From an uncultured Lamprocystis sp. (GTDB lineage: Bacteria; Pseudomonadota; Gammaproteobacteria; Chromatiales; Chromatiaceae): a DNA stretch of 64,000 nt. The translations under genes and the position numbers were made by a program. The stretch lies in NCBI GenBank assembly GCA_964470155.1, contig CAYYAY010000003.1, forward strand, positions 107,677-171,676, given 5' to 3'. The first letter of the stretch is position 1. Each line of letters starts with the position of its first letter. Below the pieces are notes generated by a model, which did not search any database, was not told the DNA's origin, and worked only from the letters and a program-made list of their open reading frames with translations. Below, piece by piece: positions 40,690-51,223 of the stretch.

Positions 40690-41361
40690 TCAGCGACCCG
40701 CCGCCTGGCCTTGTTCGGCCATCCGCTGGAACTGTCCGCGATAGTACGAAGCGACGCTGCGCCCATTGGCGATCACGTCATAGACCTTCCAGGCCTGATC
40801 CGCCTGACCGGATGGATACATGCGAAACTCCAACCGCGATGGATAAGCGCCCGGACGCAGGATCCCGACGTTCACGCTCACCGCGCCGCGGGCACCCGGA
40901 CGCGGGCGCAGCATCCGCACCTGCTGCCCCTGATAGCCGGCCAGTTGACCGCCCAGGGCGGTCAGGAAATTGGACTCGATGCGGGCGGCCAGGGCCTTAC
41001 GCTCCGGTTCGCTCAACCGCGCATAGCCGGGACCGGCAGCCCATTTGGCCATAGAGTCGAAATCGAAGTAAGGCGCGATCTCCCGGTCGAGAAAGGCGGC
41101 GACCTGAAGTTTGTTCGGCAGATCGGGCTGACCCAGGAAGGCACGCAGCTTATCGATCCCCTCCTTGAGCGTGAGGGTCGCCTGCATGAGCGGGCCCCTG
41201 ACGCGTTCGGTCGGCGGAACCTGACCGGGTGCCGACTGCTGAGTTCCAGGAACCGACCAGTAAGCCGGCGCCGCGGGCGGGGCGACGCCGGGCACCTGTG
41301 CGGCCAGGCCGCCGGCCAGACCAAGCAGAAGGACGGGCGAGAGCCGGTAGCGACGCTTCAT
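40690..41361 (-). CDS. MlaC/Ttg2D-like periplasmic binding protein
   Basis: Signal peptide, IAPYFDFDSMAKWAAG, WKVYDVIANGRS. Confidence 0.75.
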   Translation of the reverse strand: MKRRYRLSPVLLLGLAGGLAAQVPGVAPPAAPAYWSVPGTQQSAPGQVPPTERVRGPLMQATLTLKEGIDKLRAFLGQPDLPNKLQVAAFLDREIAPYFDFDSMAKWAAGPGYARLSEPERKALAARIESNFLTALGGQLAGYQGQQVRMLRPRPGARGAVSVNVGILRPGAYPSRLEFRMYPSGQADQAWKVYDVIANGRSVASYYRGQFQRMAEQGQAAGR

Positions 41362-41496
41362 AGGAGTCCTCGATTTTCTGATGTTGCGGGTTGAGCTCAG
41401 GGCTGCGTGGGGAGGGTGCCAATGACACAAGCAAATTGCAATCCTGAATCGCCCCGTCCGGTGTCAGGCAACGGCCGTTCGAAGAACCGACGGGGT

Positions 41497-42048
41497 TCAA
41501 TAGAAACCGATCTCGGCGATCCAGACTTCGAAACGCGTGACTCGGCCGATGGCAACGACCCCGAGGCGCAGCAGGCGGGACCGGGCGAGCGGCACGGCCA
41601 CCCGGTAGGGGACGAATGCGGTGAAGGGAAACCGCAGGTCCTGCCAGGCAGGCGGCGCGGCAAACCCCGCCCGATACGACTGCCAGGGAAGGTCGGTGTC
41701 CGCTGACTTGAGGTGCAGACCATAGGTCTGATCATCGCCCTGCACCAGCAGCCGCACGCCGCTGTACGCGCTCGCATCAAACAGACCTGCCGGTGCCAGT
41801 GCCAGATTCGCCTGCACAAAGCCGCCGTTGTTTTCCAGACTCAGTTCACCGCTCAGACCGAGAGCGGATCGGCCGTCACGCGGCGCGCGAACCAACTGAC
41901 CCCGCGACACTCCGCCCATCACCTGATCAGTGATCAGTCGCCAGGGTGTACCGAGTCGGGAGAGGTTTCCCGCGTCACGAAAGTCGTCGATCAGTCCGGC
42001 GTCTGTGGACACGGGGTCAGTGCGCCTAAGCCGCCGGTCGGTCATCAT
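41497..42048 (-). CDS. CIA30 family protein
   Basis: WRLITDQVMGGVSRG, LSLENNGGFVQ, GVRLLVQGD, F.F.AF.P pattern. Confidence 0.88.
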   Translation of the reverse strand: MMTDRRLRRTDPVSTDAGLIDDFRDAGNLSRLGTPWRLITDQVMGGVSRGQLVRAPRDGRSALGLSGELSLENNGGFVQANLALAPAGLFDASAYSGVRLLVQGDDQTYGLHLKSADTDLPWQSYRAGFAAPPAWQDLRFPFTAFVPYRVAVPLARSRLLRLGVVAIGRVTRFEVWIAEIGFY

Positions 42049-42148
42049 CCGCGGGCCCGAGACATTGCTCGGACTCATACCACATCACATTGATGACGCC
42101 GAAGGCCAAAGCCAACAGGACGCCCAGCAGCCAGGCGAAGTACCACAT
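42026..42148 (-). CDS. cydX: Cytochrome bd-I subunit X (absent from the ORF track)
   Basis: Manual translation MWYFAWLLGVLLALAFGVINVMWYESEQCLGPADDDRPAA*, directly after cydB. Confidence 0.9.
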   Translation of the reverse strand: MWYFAWLLGVLLALAFGVINVMWYESEQCLGPADDDRPAA

Positions 42149-42170
42149 GGATGTTGCTCCGGTCGATTCG

Positions 42171-43313
42171 TCAGTAGGCCAGGTGGTCTTGCGCTTTGAT
42201 CTCGGCCACCGTCACCCGCCGCCACATCTTGGTGTAGGTCCAGGCGGTATACATGAGGATCAGCGGCACGAAGATCAGCGCCGCCCAGAACATCACCGTC
42301 AGCGTCAAATGACTGGACACGGCGTCCCAGGCGATCAGACTGGAGTTCGGGTTGGTACTGGAGGGCATGATGAAGGGAAACATGGCCGCCCCCGCGGTCA
42401 TGATGACTCCGGTCAAACCCAGGCTGCTGACCACGAGCCCCAGACCGGGACGCTCTTTCATCGACAGCAGGACGGCCCCGCCCAGTCCGGCGAATCCCAG
42501 GAGCGGAAACACCAGGGTCCAGGGATACTGCTGGTAGTTGGCCAGCCAGGCCCCGGACTCCTGAACGACTTCCTTGGTCAGCGGATTCGGGGTCGCGCCG
42601 AGTTCCGGCATCGAGACCACCCGGAACCCGTCGATCCCCAGACTGAGCCAGACGCCGGCTAAGGCAAAGGCGGCGATCGTCAGGATCCCGGTCTGCTTGG
42701 CCCAGACCTTGGCTCGACCGACGATCGGCTCCTCGGTGCGCAGTTGCAGCCAGATCGCCCCATGCATGGTCAACATCCCCAGGCTGATCACCCCGGCGAG
42801 CAGGGCGAAGGGATTGAGCAGACCAAAGAAACTGCCGGTGTACCAAGGCCGCAGAAACTCATCCAGATGAAAAGGGACACCCTGAATCAGGTTGCCGAAG
42901 GCGATACCGAACACCAGGGCGGGCACGGCCCCACCCACGAAGAGCCCCCAGTCCCAGGCGCTGCGCCAGGTCGGATTCTCGATTTTGCTGCGGTAGTCGA
43001 AGCCGACCGGCCGGAAGAACAAGGCGAACAGCGCCAGCAGCATGGCAAAATAAAAGCCGGAGAAGGCGCTGGCATAGACCAGCGGCCAGGCGGCGAAGAT
43101 CGCCCCGCCGGCGGTGATCAGCCACACCTGATTGCCGTCCCAGTGCGGCCCCACGGTGTTGATGATGACCCGCCGCTCCAGGTCATTCTTACCCAGGAAG
43201 GGCAGCAAGGTGCCGACCCCCATGTCCATCCCATCGGTGACGGCAAACCCGATGAGCAGGACGCCCACCAGTATCCACCAGACGAACTTCAACGTTTCGT
43301 AGTCAAGGATCAT
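42171..43313 (-). CDS. cydB: Cytochrome bd ubiquinol oxidase subunit II
   Basis: TDGMDMGVG, PHWDGNQVWLI, LFFRPVGFDYRSK, AMFPFIMPSS. Confidence 0.97.
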   Translation of the reverse strand: MILDYETLKFVWWILVGVLLIGFAVTDGMDMGVGTLLPFLGKNDLERRVIINTVGPHWDGNQVWLITAGGAIFAAWPLVYASAFSGFYFAMLLALFALFFRPVGFDYRSKIENPTWRSAWDWGLFVGGAVPALVFGIAFGNLIQGVPFHLDEFLRPWYTGSFFGLLNPFALLAGVISLGMLTMHGAIWLQLRTEEPIVGRAKVWAKQTGILTIAAFALAGVWLSLGIDGFRVVSMPELGATPNPLTKEVVQESGAWLANYQQYPWTLVFPLLGFAGLGGAVLLSMKERPGLGLVVSSLGLTGVIMTAGAAMFPFIMPSSTNPNSSLIAWDAVSSHLTLTVMFWAALIFVPLILMYTAWTYTKMWRRVTVAEIKAQDHLAY

Positions 43314-43326
43314 GATGGGGTGTCCT

Positions 43327-44943
43327 CTACGGCGCTTGATCGTGCGGTGCGGTGGCCGGGGTGGCGCCGCCGCCATGGGCTGCCGGCGATTCCCGGCGGC
43401 ACTCGTGATGGTACTTACCGGTGTGCAGGGCGCTCGGGCCCATGCGTCCGAATTTGAACATCAGGAACATCTCGATGAGGAACAGAATGCTGTAGAACAC
43501 GATGAAGCCGGTCAGGCTGATCCGCAGGTCGGTCGCGGTCAGGCTGGAGGCGGCGATGCCGGTCGGCAGCACCTCACCGATCGCCCAAGGCTGACGGCCG
43601 AACTCGGCGACGAACCAGCCGGTCTCGGCCGCGAGCCAGGGCACCGGGATGCTCAAGACGAACAGCCAGAGCAGGAAGCGGCGATCCGCAATCACGCGAC
43701 GGGCGTTGAAATAGAAGCCCAGGACGATCAGCAGCAACATCCAGACCCCCGCCCCCACCATCACCCGGAAGGCCCAGAATACGGGCGCGACTTCCGGGAT
43801 CGAGTCCTTGGCCGCCTGCTTGATCTGCTCCTCGGTGGCGGTGGCGGGGTTCTCGGTGTAGCGCTTGAGCAGCAGGCCGTAGCCCAAATCCGCCTTGTGA
43901 TCCTCGAAGCTGGCCCGATTGCCGGGGGTGTCCTCGCCATTGCGCAGCCGCTGGAGATATTCGTAGGCGATCATGCCGCTGCGGATGCGCACCTCGTGCT
44001 CGCGCATCAGATCCTTCAGACCAACGACTTGCGTGTCCAGCGACCGGGTGGCGATCAGCCCCAGCAAATAGGGGATCTTGACCGCATCGTGCGTCTCTTC
44101 ATCGGCGTTGCTCGGGAAGCCGTACGCGGTGAAGGCGGCCGGTGCCGGTTCGGTCTCCCATTCCGCCTCGATGGCGGCGAGCTTGACCCGCTGAACATCA
44201 CCCACCTCATAGCCGGACTCGTCCCCAAGCAGCAGCACCGAGAGAATGGACGCCAACCCGAAACCGACGGCGACCGAGAAGGACCGCTTGGCGAAGGCCA
44301 GGTCGCGGCCCTTGAGCATGTACCAGGCGCTGATGCCGAGCACGAACATGGAGGCGGTGACATAGCCGGCCGCCACCGTATGGACGAACTTGACCTGCGC
44401 CACCGGGTTCAGCAGCAGTTCGGTGAAGCTGGTCATTTCCATGCGCATGGTCTCGTAACTGAACTCCGAACCCACCGGGTTCTGCATCCAGCCGTTGGCG
44501 ATCAGGATCCACAGTGCCGAGAGGTTGGAGGCCAGTGCGGTGAGGAAGGTCACCGTGAGATGCTGGAGTTTGCTGAGCCGCTCCCAGCCGAGGAAGAACA
44601 AGCCGATGAAGGTGGACTCCAGGAAGAAGGCCATCAGTCCCTCAATGGCCAGCGGCGCCCCGAAGACATCGCCGACATAGTGGCTGTAGTAGGCCCAGTT
44701 CGTACCGAACTGGAACTCCATGGTGAGTCCGGTGGTGACCCCCAGCGCGAAGTTGATGCCGAACAGCTTGCCCCAGAACTTGGTCATGTCCCGGTAGATC
44801 TCGCGCCCGGTCATGACATAGACGGTCTCCATGATCACCAGGATCCAGGCGAGACCCAGGGTCAGGGGCACAAACAGAAAGTGGTACATCGCGGTGGCGG
44901 CGAACTGCCAGCGCGAGAGTTCGATCATAGTGCTGTCGAGCAT
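43327..44943 (-). CDS. cydA: Cytochrome bd ubiquinol oxidase subunit I (long Q-loop)
   Basis: [49 protein letters not shown]. Confidence 0.97.
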   Translation of the reverse strand: MLDSTMIELSRWQFAATAMYHFLFVPLTLGLAWILVIMETVYVMTGREIYRDMTKFWGKLFGINFALGVTTGLTMEFQFGTNWAYYSHYVGDVFGAPLAIEGLMAFFLESTFIGLFFLGWERLSKLQHLTVTFLTALASNLSALWILIANGWMQNPVGSEFSYETMRMEMTSFTELLLNPVAQVKFVHTVAAGYVTASMFVLGISAWYMLKGRDLAFAKRSFSVAVGFGLASILSVLLLGDESGYEVGDVQRVKLAAIEAEWETEPAPAAFTAYGFPSNADEETHDAVKIPYLLGLIATRSLDTQVVGLKDLMREHEVRIRSGMIAYEYLQRLRNGEDTPGNRASFEDHKADLGYGLLLKRYTENPATATEEQIKQAAKDSIPEVAPVFWAFRVMVGAGVWMLLLIVLGFYFNARRVIADRRFLLWLFVLSIPVPWLAAETGWFVAEFGRQPWAIGEVLPTGIAASSLTATDLRISLTGFIVFYSILFLIEMFLMFKFGRMGPSALHTGKYHHECRRESPAAHGGGATPATAPHDQAP

Positions 44944-45168
44944 GGCGAATGTCCCGAAGGTCGAGGCCAATGGTCAGCGAAACCGGCGGTAGTGCCGGCA
45001 GGTCCCCGCGAACGCCGGGCGCCACGGATGGCCGGACAGCGTCGCGCGATGATGTTCCCCAGCCTACCCGTAACCCAGAAAAGTCGACATGGCGATTACG
45101 CTGATGCCCTGATAAGCGAGGTTGATGCGCACGCCAACAGCATCGACGGGCACCACAGTGCCGTTGGC

Positions 45169-45552
45169 TCAGGGCTCCCGGATCTGAACGAGTTCCGGAT
45201 CATGATCATGGTCGTGGGGTAAGGCCGCGGCGAGCGGCACACCGGCCGCGACCCGCGCGACCGCCGACAATGGGTCGGACTCACTGGTCGCGTGGACGGT
45301 AATACCATGGCGACCCATCCGCTGCACGAAGCCCTGCCCCGCCCCCTGGGTCACCAGCGCCGCGAGCCCCAATTGGAACAACGGGTGATCCTCGCCGTGG
45401 TACGCGTGGACGGACATGTCTTTCGGCAGATCGAGCCGCTCCAGTTCCACGGGGTCAGGCCCGCCATCCGTCTCGTAGATCAGGAAACGGCGCGCCTTGC
45501 CGGCGTGGCCGGTGATGGTCTTGAAGTTCTGGCTGGTCACGGCGATACGCAT
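45169..45552 (-). CDS. NifB/NifX-family (FeMo-cofactor carrier-like) protein
   Basis: MRIAVTS...ITGHAGKARRFLIYE, GAGQGFVQRM..HGI; His-rich tail HDHDHD. Confidence 0.8.
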   Translation of the reverse strand: MRIAVTSQNFKTITGHAGKARRFLIYETDGGPDPVELERLDLPKDMSVHAYHGEDHPLFQLGLAALVTQGAGQGFVQRMGRHGITVHATSESDPLSAVARVAAGVPLAAALPHDHDHDPELVQIREP

Positions 45553-45621
45553 GGGGGTCGCTCCGGCGGGGTTGAGTCATGGCTTGAGGATTTGGTTCTT
45601 ACGTCGCGGTCGAACCTGATA

Positions 45622-45721
45622 TAACCGTCGTTGTTGGTTTTTCGTTTCTTGTTTTTCGTAACCCAATGTTTGATAGTTCTTAACTAAAAACGAAAAACCG
45701 AAAACTCAAAACCGTTCCGTA
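45622..45721 (-). mobile_element. 100-bp MITE-like element, copy 6 (inverted)
   Basis: Reverse complement of copy 1 with few differences; TA/TA flanks. Confidence 0.8.
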
Positions 45722-45830
45722 TAACTCCTGATGATCAGTCATCGGGACCCCCGCCGTGCGCGACGCCAACGGTCGCCGCGCCGGGAGGTCACTCAATGAC
45801 TCAGGTTAAACAGCGGCAGAGATGATCACA

Positions 45831-45844
45831 TTAACAAAGGTCAA
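45831..45844. promoter_or_regulatory. Candidate FNR-type operator
   Basis: Minus strand TTGAC-CTTT-GTTAA versus consensus TTGAT-N4-ATCAA; upstream of nifX-like/cydABX. Confidence 0.35.
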
Positions 45845-45872
45845 TGCGCCGGCAGGGCAGGCAGGGGCCGCC

Positions 45873-46580
45873 TCAGTCTTCGGCGATGCGGGTGAGATTC
45901 GGTACATCCAGCAGGAACAGGTTCGGTGCGGTTTCCACCAGCAGGCTCTGCCGCTTGAACTCCGCGATGGTCCGGCTCGCCGTCTCGGTGGTGACGCCGA
46001 GCATGGCACCCATGTCCTCGCGGCCGAACAGATAGCATTCACTGGACTCGCGATCGCGCACCAGGCGCAGCAACAGCCGCGCCACCCGCTGCCGCGCCGA
46101 TCCGGTGGACAGCTCGGTCAGCCAGGCATCGGCCTCGGTCAGGGCGCGCTGCCAGCGCGCCATCAGTTCCCGGTGCAGCGCCGGGCTGTCCTGCCCGAGA
46201 TCACGCACCAGCCGGGCCGGGAAGCGGCACACCTCGGTCGCGTGCAGGGCCACGGCCTCGTGCTGATAACGCTCATCGAGCAGCGCCTCGAGCCCCAGAA
46301 CGTCGGTCGTGCGCACGATGCGCACGATGCGCTGGCTGCCGTCGGGCAGGTACTGGACCAGTTTCAGCGAGCCGCTGCGCACGGTGAACAGAAACTCGGC
46401 CTGATCCCCGGCGTGGTACAGGACGTTACCGGGTTTGAGCGTGAACTGATCGATGGGCTCGTGGATTCGCTCGAACGCCTGCGCCTGCAGGCCGGCGAAC
46501 AGCACCGAGGTCCGCAGCGAGCAGTTGCGGCAGTCGGCCTCGCCGGACCAAGCCTCGCGCAATGTGACACTCTTGACCAT
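45873..46580 (-). CDS. Crp/Fnr family transcriptional regulator
   Basis: N-terminal DCRNC, cNMP-domain GSLKLV and DVLGLE, HTH REDMGAMLGVTTETASR. Confidence 0.92.
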   Translation of the reverse strand: MVKSVTLREAWSGEADCRNCSLRTSVLFAGLQAQAFERIHEPIDQFTLKPGNVLYHAGDQAEFLFTVRSGSLKLVQYLPDGSQRIVRIVRTTDVLGLEALLDERYQHEAVALHATEVCRFPARLVRDLGQDSPALHRELMARWQRALTEADAWLTELSTGSARQRVARLLLRLVRDRESSECYLFGREDMGAMLGVTTETASRTIAEFKRQSLLVETAPNLFLLDVPNLTRIAED

Positions 46581-46733
46581 TGGCCTCGTGCAACTCCTCT
46601 GTTCATCCGCCTGTCAGGGCTGCGGTATCGGCGCCCGCCTGGATCAACCGCCCGGGCTGCCTGCGCGATCCTGAACCGGCGGGCGACAGCGCCGCGCGCG
46701 ATGCAAAGGCGCCCACGGCAACTCCTGCGGCCG

Positions 46734-47177
46734 TCACCAACCGGTGCGCGTCCCGGCATTGTCGATGCTGAGATCTCCGGCACCCACCTCGGAACCCTGC
46801 GGCTTGGCCGTGATCGTGAAGGTGTCGGCAGTGACGTCATCCTCCAGGGCGATGACGTAGTATGCCTCGGCCCCGTCGATGGGTGACTTGGTAAACGGCA
46901 AGGTCGTGGCCGTGCCGGTGCCGCAGGGGTTCTTGTCGTAGCAGCCGTTTTCGGTGTAGAGCCGCTCCATGTACTGAGCGGCTTGCATCAGCACCGCTTG
47001 GGCATCGCCCCGTCGGGTCTTACGGATTTGGGACTGATAGGACGGATAGGCAATCGCGGCCAGGATGGCCACGATACCGACGACGATCATCAACTCGGTC
47101 AGGGTGAACCCTGGCCGGAACCGAGCCCGACCGACCGGCCGTGGCCTGTGTAAACGGACAGAAGGTAACGACAGCAT
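46734..47177 (-). CDS. Type IV minor pilin, PilE-like
   Basis: GFTLTELMIVVGIVAILAAIAYPSYQSQIRKTRR; start position uncertain. Confidence 0.88.
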   Translation of the reverse strand: MLSLPSVRLHRPRPVGRARFRPGFTLTELMIVVGIVAILAAIAYPSYQSQIRKTRRGDAQAVLMQAAQYMERLYTENGCYDKNPCGTGTATTLPFTKSPIDGAEAYYVIALEDDVTADTFTITAKPQGSEVGAGDLSIDNAGTRTGW

Positions 47178-47460
47178 GCAAAGATCCTCTGTACCCGACG
47201 CGCCTCAGCGATAGGGTAGCATGATCAGCGGGCCGTGTCCGGACCGCGAACAAGCTTTTCACGCGGCCCGCGAAGGTCGAGGGTCGAGGCTGACCATCAG
47301 AGTCAGCGGCCCTGTGGGCGCGGCGTCCCCCGCCGCGACCGGGCCGGACGCGTCGCCACAGCGTTCGCGGTCACCGCGGCACCGCATCGCGGCGGGACGC
47401 CGCTCCCACGGGGGACAGTCATCCGCCGTGCCAAGCGGGTCGAGGCAGCCGTATGGCCGG

Positions 47461-49845
47461 TCAGCCGGTCAGCGCTGCGAAAACAGCCGGCAGCCGCTCG
47501 GGGAGGCGCTCCACCTGATCGACGATCGAGTAATTGTTCTCGCCGAAGATGCGCGCCACGTAACGGTCGGCCTGAGGGTCCAAAGTCAGACAGTAGGTAT
47601 GCACGCCCTGCATACGCAAATCCTCCACCGCTTTCTTGGCGTCATGGCGCAAGGTCTGAGGATCGCGCTCGTCGATGTCGGCCGGTTCCCCGTCAGTAAT
47701 GACCAGCACCAGCCGCTTGCTCGCCGACTGCCGGGTCAGATGCCAGCCGGCATGGCGCAGGGCCGCGCCCATGCGGGTCGACAGCCCGCCCTTCATACCG
47801 GCCATCCGCGACTTGGGTCCGTCGTCGTAGGGCTGGTCAAAATCTTTGAACCGAAAATACTGCACGTCGTGGCGGCCGTCGGAGGCGAACCCATGGACGG
47901 CGAAGGTGTCACCGATGGAGTCGATGGCCCAGGCCAGCAGTCCGGTCGCCTCGCGGGTCAGACTCAGAATACTCGGAGCGTCCGCATACGCCGGGTCGGA
48001 TTTATCGAGACCGCCAATCTTCTCGTTCGTGGACTCCGACAGATCCATCAGGACGACCAGGGCGAGGTCACGGATATGACGGCTGATCCGGATGTTGATG
48101 CGCGGATCCGGCATGACACCGCGGCGGATATCGATCATCGCCCGCACGGCCGCGCTCAGGTCCAGCTCCTCCCCTTCCTCGTAGCCGCGCCGCCGCACGA
48201 TCCCTTGCGGCTGCAGTGCATCAATGAGGTGGCGGATGCGGCTGGCCACCGGCTTGTACTTGGTGAGAATATCGTCCATCACCTGCGGATCGGCGCGACC
48301 TTGACGGCGCTCGATGACCGTCACCCAATCCGGACGGTAGAGCTGGGCATGGTAATCCCACTCGTGATAATAAAAGGGCTCGGAAACCGGTTCCTTGCCT
48401 TCCAATGCGTTGAACGACACCCCACGATCTTCATAGGGAAAAAACTCCGTGGAGCAGACCCAGACCTCCTGCGCATCATCGCCCGCGGTTTCCACATCGA
48501 CCGCATTGGCCAATTCCATGGCGGAAACCTGGCGGCGCACCTGCTGCCGGCTGGCCGGCAAATAGTCAATCCCGTGGGACAGGAACAAATTTTCATCGAA
48601 CGCCCAGCAGTACCGGTTGTCATCCCGATAGGGAATCGGCAGGTTTTCCAACACGCGCAGGTTAGGCAGATGACACTGGGCAACCGCCCGGTTATAAAAG
48701 TCGATTCCGGCATCCCAACTGATCCGGTTGTCGTCACCGCGCCGCGTGCAGGCATCGTGAAACGCGGCGGCTGTCTCATTGATCATGGTCACTGCGTCCT
48801 GATAGTCCGGATCGAGCAGTGCCTGCGCCATGCGCATCATGAGATCCACCATCGGATGCAGCTCGACCGCTTCATCCTTGGCCGTCAGCGGCGCGGTCAT
48901 GATGTCGCGCCAGAGCTGACGCAGCCCAGGGAAAGCGCGAATGGCGAGCGACTCCACCCGCGCGTCCTCGAACAAGTCGATGAACCGCATCTGGGCCGGG
49001 GTCAATTGCTCCGCGCTGAGCGGGGCCGTCGTATAGACCATGTGCGCGGCACAATGGGCCGCGGCGGCACGGTAGACCGTGATTCCGGAAATGCCGCGGA
49101 AACTATCAAACGCGTCCGGCAGGTGGATCTGGAAATCCTCAATGAAGGGCCGCAAGCCCAGCCGCGACTCAAAATCTCCGGAGGTCGGGCGCATAAAAAA
49201 AGCGCGCGCCCACAGCGCCCGCAGATAAAAATTCAGCTTGCGCTGATTGTCCACGAACAGGGTGCCGCGCCGCTCCTTCTGGAGCACCGCCCGCGAGGAC
49301 TCGGTCTGCAAGCCGAAATAGGCCAGTTGGCCATCCAGATCGCGGGCATGGGCCTGGGCACCCCACATGGCCCAACGGCGCAGACCGCCGAGTGTGAGCT
49401 TGCCGAGCAACTCGTCCATGTTCTCCATCATCGGCCGCAAGCCCCGCGGCGCCTTGCCGGCCAACTGATGCAGCAGGTTGAGATAACCCCGCACGACTTC
49501 AGCATCACCCAACCGGCTTGCGGCCAGTGGCATGTTCGCCATGATCAGCGTGATGACGGTACCCGAGGTGTGGGAGGCCAGCTTCATCAAGGCCCCCACC
49601 AACTCCGGGGTGATGTCCTCGCCGACCTCTTTGACTACCGCCGGCAGGTGTTGAACATAGGTCAGGATCAGATCCTCCCCCTTGTTCAGACTGCACAGTG
49701 CCTTCATGCCGGTCAGGTAGTGTTCGAGTCCCTGAGTGGACATGACCCGCGCGGCCTCGTGATAGCTCGCTTCCAGCGCCTGCTTATGGGGGTGCTCCGG
49801 GTCGGTTTTCAGACAGGAGACGTAGTCGGAGAAGTCGATAGTCAT
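47461..49845 (-). CDS. cbbO: RuBisCO activation vWA protein CbbO
   Basis: Directly after cbbQ; YYHEWDY..YRPDWV, VLMDLSEST, ITDGEPAD. Confidence 0.93.
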   Translation of the reverse strand: MTIDFSDYVSCLKTDPEHPHKQALEASYHEAARVMSTQGLEHYLTGMKALCSLNKGEDLILTYVQHLPAVVKEVGEDITPELVGALMKLASHTSGTVITLIMANMPLAASRLGDAEVVRGYLNLLHQLAGKAPRGLRPMMENMDELLGKLTLGGLRRWAMWGAQAHARDLDGQLAYFGLQTESSRAVLQKERRGTLFVDNQRKLNFYLRALWARAFFMRPTSGDFESRLGLRPFIEDFQIHLPDAFDSFRGISGITVYRAAAAHCAAHMVYTTAPLSAEQLTPAQMRFIDLFEDARVESLAIRAFPGLRQLWRDIMTAPLTAKDEAVELHPMVDLMMRMAQALLDPDYQDAVTMINETAAAFHDACTRRGDDNRISWDAGIDFYNRAVAQCHLPNLRVLENLPIPYRDDNRYCWAFDENLFLSHGIDYLPASRQQVRRQVSAMELANAVDVETAGDDAQEVWVCSTEFFPYEDRGVSFNALEGKEPVSEPFYYHEWDYHAQLYRPDWVTVIERRQGRADPQVMDDILTKYKPVASRIRHLIDALQPQGIVRRRGYEEGEELDLSAAVRAMIDIRRGVMPDPRINIRISRHIRDLALVVLMDLSESTNEKIGGLDKSDPAYADAPSILSLTREATGLLAWAIDSIGDTFAVHGFASDGRHDVQYFRFKDFDQPYDDGPKSRMAGMKGGLSTRMGAALRHAGWHLTRQSASKRLVLVITDGEPADIDERDPQTLRHDAKKAVEDLRMQGVHTYCLTLDPQADRYVARIFGENNYSIVDQVERLPERLPAVFAALTG

Positions 49846-49867
49846 GCCGGGAACCTCCAGCGGTCGC

Positions 49868-50674
49868 CTAAAAGAAGGTACCGACCGCCGCGTCCAGCGT
49901 ATCGCGCATATCCGGATCGTCGGTGAGCGGCCGCACCAGGGCCATGCGGCAGGCGGACTGGGGATCGACGCCCTTGCCGATGAGCTGGGCGGCATAGACC
50001 AGGAGGCGGGTCGACATCCCCTCATCCAGTCCGTGCCCTTTGAGGTTACGGCTGCGTTGCGCGATCTGCACCAGCTTCTCCGCCACCGCGCGCTCCACCA
50101 GGCCCTCGTGAGTCACGATCTCGGCTTCGATCTCCGCACTGGGATAGTCGAAATCCAGGGCGCCGAAACGCTGCTTCGTGGATTGCTTCAGATCCTTCAT
50201 CAGGCTCTGATAGCCGGGATTGTAGGAAATCACGATCTGAAAATCCGGGTGCGCATTGACCAGCTCCCCCTTCTTCTCCAGCGGTAGATTGCGGCGGTGA
50301 TCGGTCAGCGGATGGATGACGACCGTGGTGTCCTGACGGGCTTCGACTACTTCATCCAGGTAACAGATGGCACCGATCCGCGCCGCGACCGTCAGCGGAC
50401 CGTCCTGCCATTTGGTCCCATTGATGTCGAGCAGGAAGCGCCCGACCAGGTCGGAGGCGGTCATGTCCTCGTTGCAGGCAACCGTGATCAGCGGCTTCTT
50501 CAGCCGCCAGGCCATATACTCCACGAAACGGGACTTACCGCATCCGGTCGGACCTTTGAGCATGACCGGCATTCGCGCCGCATAGGCGGCTTCGTACAGC
50601 GCCACCTCGTTGGTCACCGGGCGGTAATAGGGCTCGGTCTTGATCAGATATTGTTCGCGGTCGACTTCACTCAT
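49868..50674 (-). CDS. cbbQ: RuBisCO activase AAA+ CbbQ
   Basis: [43 protein letters not shown]. Confidence 0.96.
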   Translation of the reverse strand: MSEVDREQYLIKTEPYYRPVTNEVALYEAAYAARMPVMLKGPTGCGKSRFVEYMAWRLKKPLITVACNEDMTASDLVGRFLLDINGTKWQDGPLTVAARIGAICYLDEVVEARQDTTVVIHPLTDHRRNLPLEKKGELVNAHPDFQIVISYNPGYQSLMKDLKQSTKQRFGALDFDYPSAEIEAEIVTHEGLVERAVAEKLVQIAQRSRNLKGHGLDEGMSTRLLVYAAQLIGKGVDPQSACRMALVRPLTDDPDMRDTLDAAVGTFF

Positions 50675-50699
50675 CACTATTGCCCTGGTTCTAATTCTG

Positions 50700-50723
50700 G
50701 CTCCCACGCTCCGGCGTGGGAGC
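50700..50723. repeat. CCCACGC-type REP palindrome
   Basis: gctcccacgc-tccg-gcgtgggagc in the cbbS-cbbQ spacer. Confidence 0.7.
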
Positions 50724-50746
50724 ACGTAGCGACGCTCCAAAAACGA

Positions 50747-51103
50747 CTAGACCGGCTTGCCCCGATAAATCACCATGGCCGCCCCCTGGGACTGGGCATA
50801 GTTGTCATAGCCGACCAGCCGCACATGATTATTGGGGTGAGCCTTATGACAAGCCGCGGCTTCCTCAAGAATACGGTCGGCGTTGGTCTCACCGAACATC
50901 GGCAGCTTCCACATATACCAGTAGTGGTCGAAGGCATTTTCCGGCTCGGTATGTTCGATCGCCGGGTTCCAGCCCTTGCGGACCAGGTACTCTACCTGCT
51001 TGCGGATACCCTCCGGCTCCATGGGCGGCAGATAAGAGAAAGTTTCGAACTTACGGCTGTTGACGTCTTCGAGACTGGAACGGTAGTCCTGCATGTCGCT
51101 CAT
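50747..51103 (-). CDS. cbbS: RuBisCO small subunit (form IA)
   Basis: [31 protein letters not shown]. Confidence 0.98.
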   Translation of the reverse strand: MSDMQDYRSSLEDVNSRKFETFSYLPPMEPEGIRKQVEYLVRKGWNPAIEHTEPENAFDHYWYMWKLPMFGETNADRILEEAAACHKAHPNNHVRLVGYDNYAQSQGAAMVIYRGKPV

Positions 51104-51223
51104 CAGATGTATCCTCGGATTCGGGTTGTTCGGAGTTCAGGCGGAATTCACGGTGCGACCTCGGCATCCAGCAGCCGCCGGCCGGCGCTGCTTGCCGGCG
51201 GCTGACCACTGGTTGGCGACGGC

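Noticed and set aside
47221-49926. 901-aa plus-strand ORF, and similar long ORFs at 43312..45222, 12550..14049, 1093..2409, 3417..4748 and 18853..20049
   Set aside because: Antisense shadows of well-supported genes (cbbO, cydA, the SH3b protein, pglZ, brxL). They are expected in high-GC DNA and carry no motifs.
51172-51204. GC-rich hairpin between cbbL and cbbS
   Set aside because: No U-tract; probably an ordinary mRNA-stabilising stem, too common to be notable.
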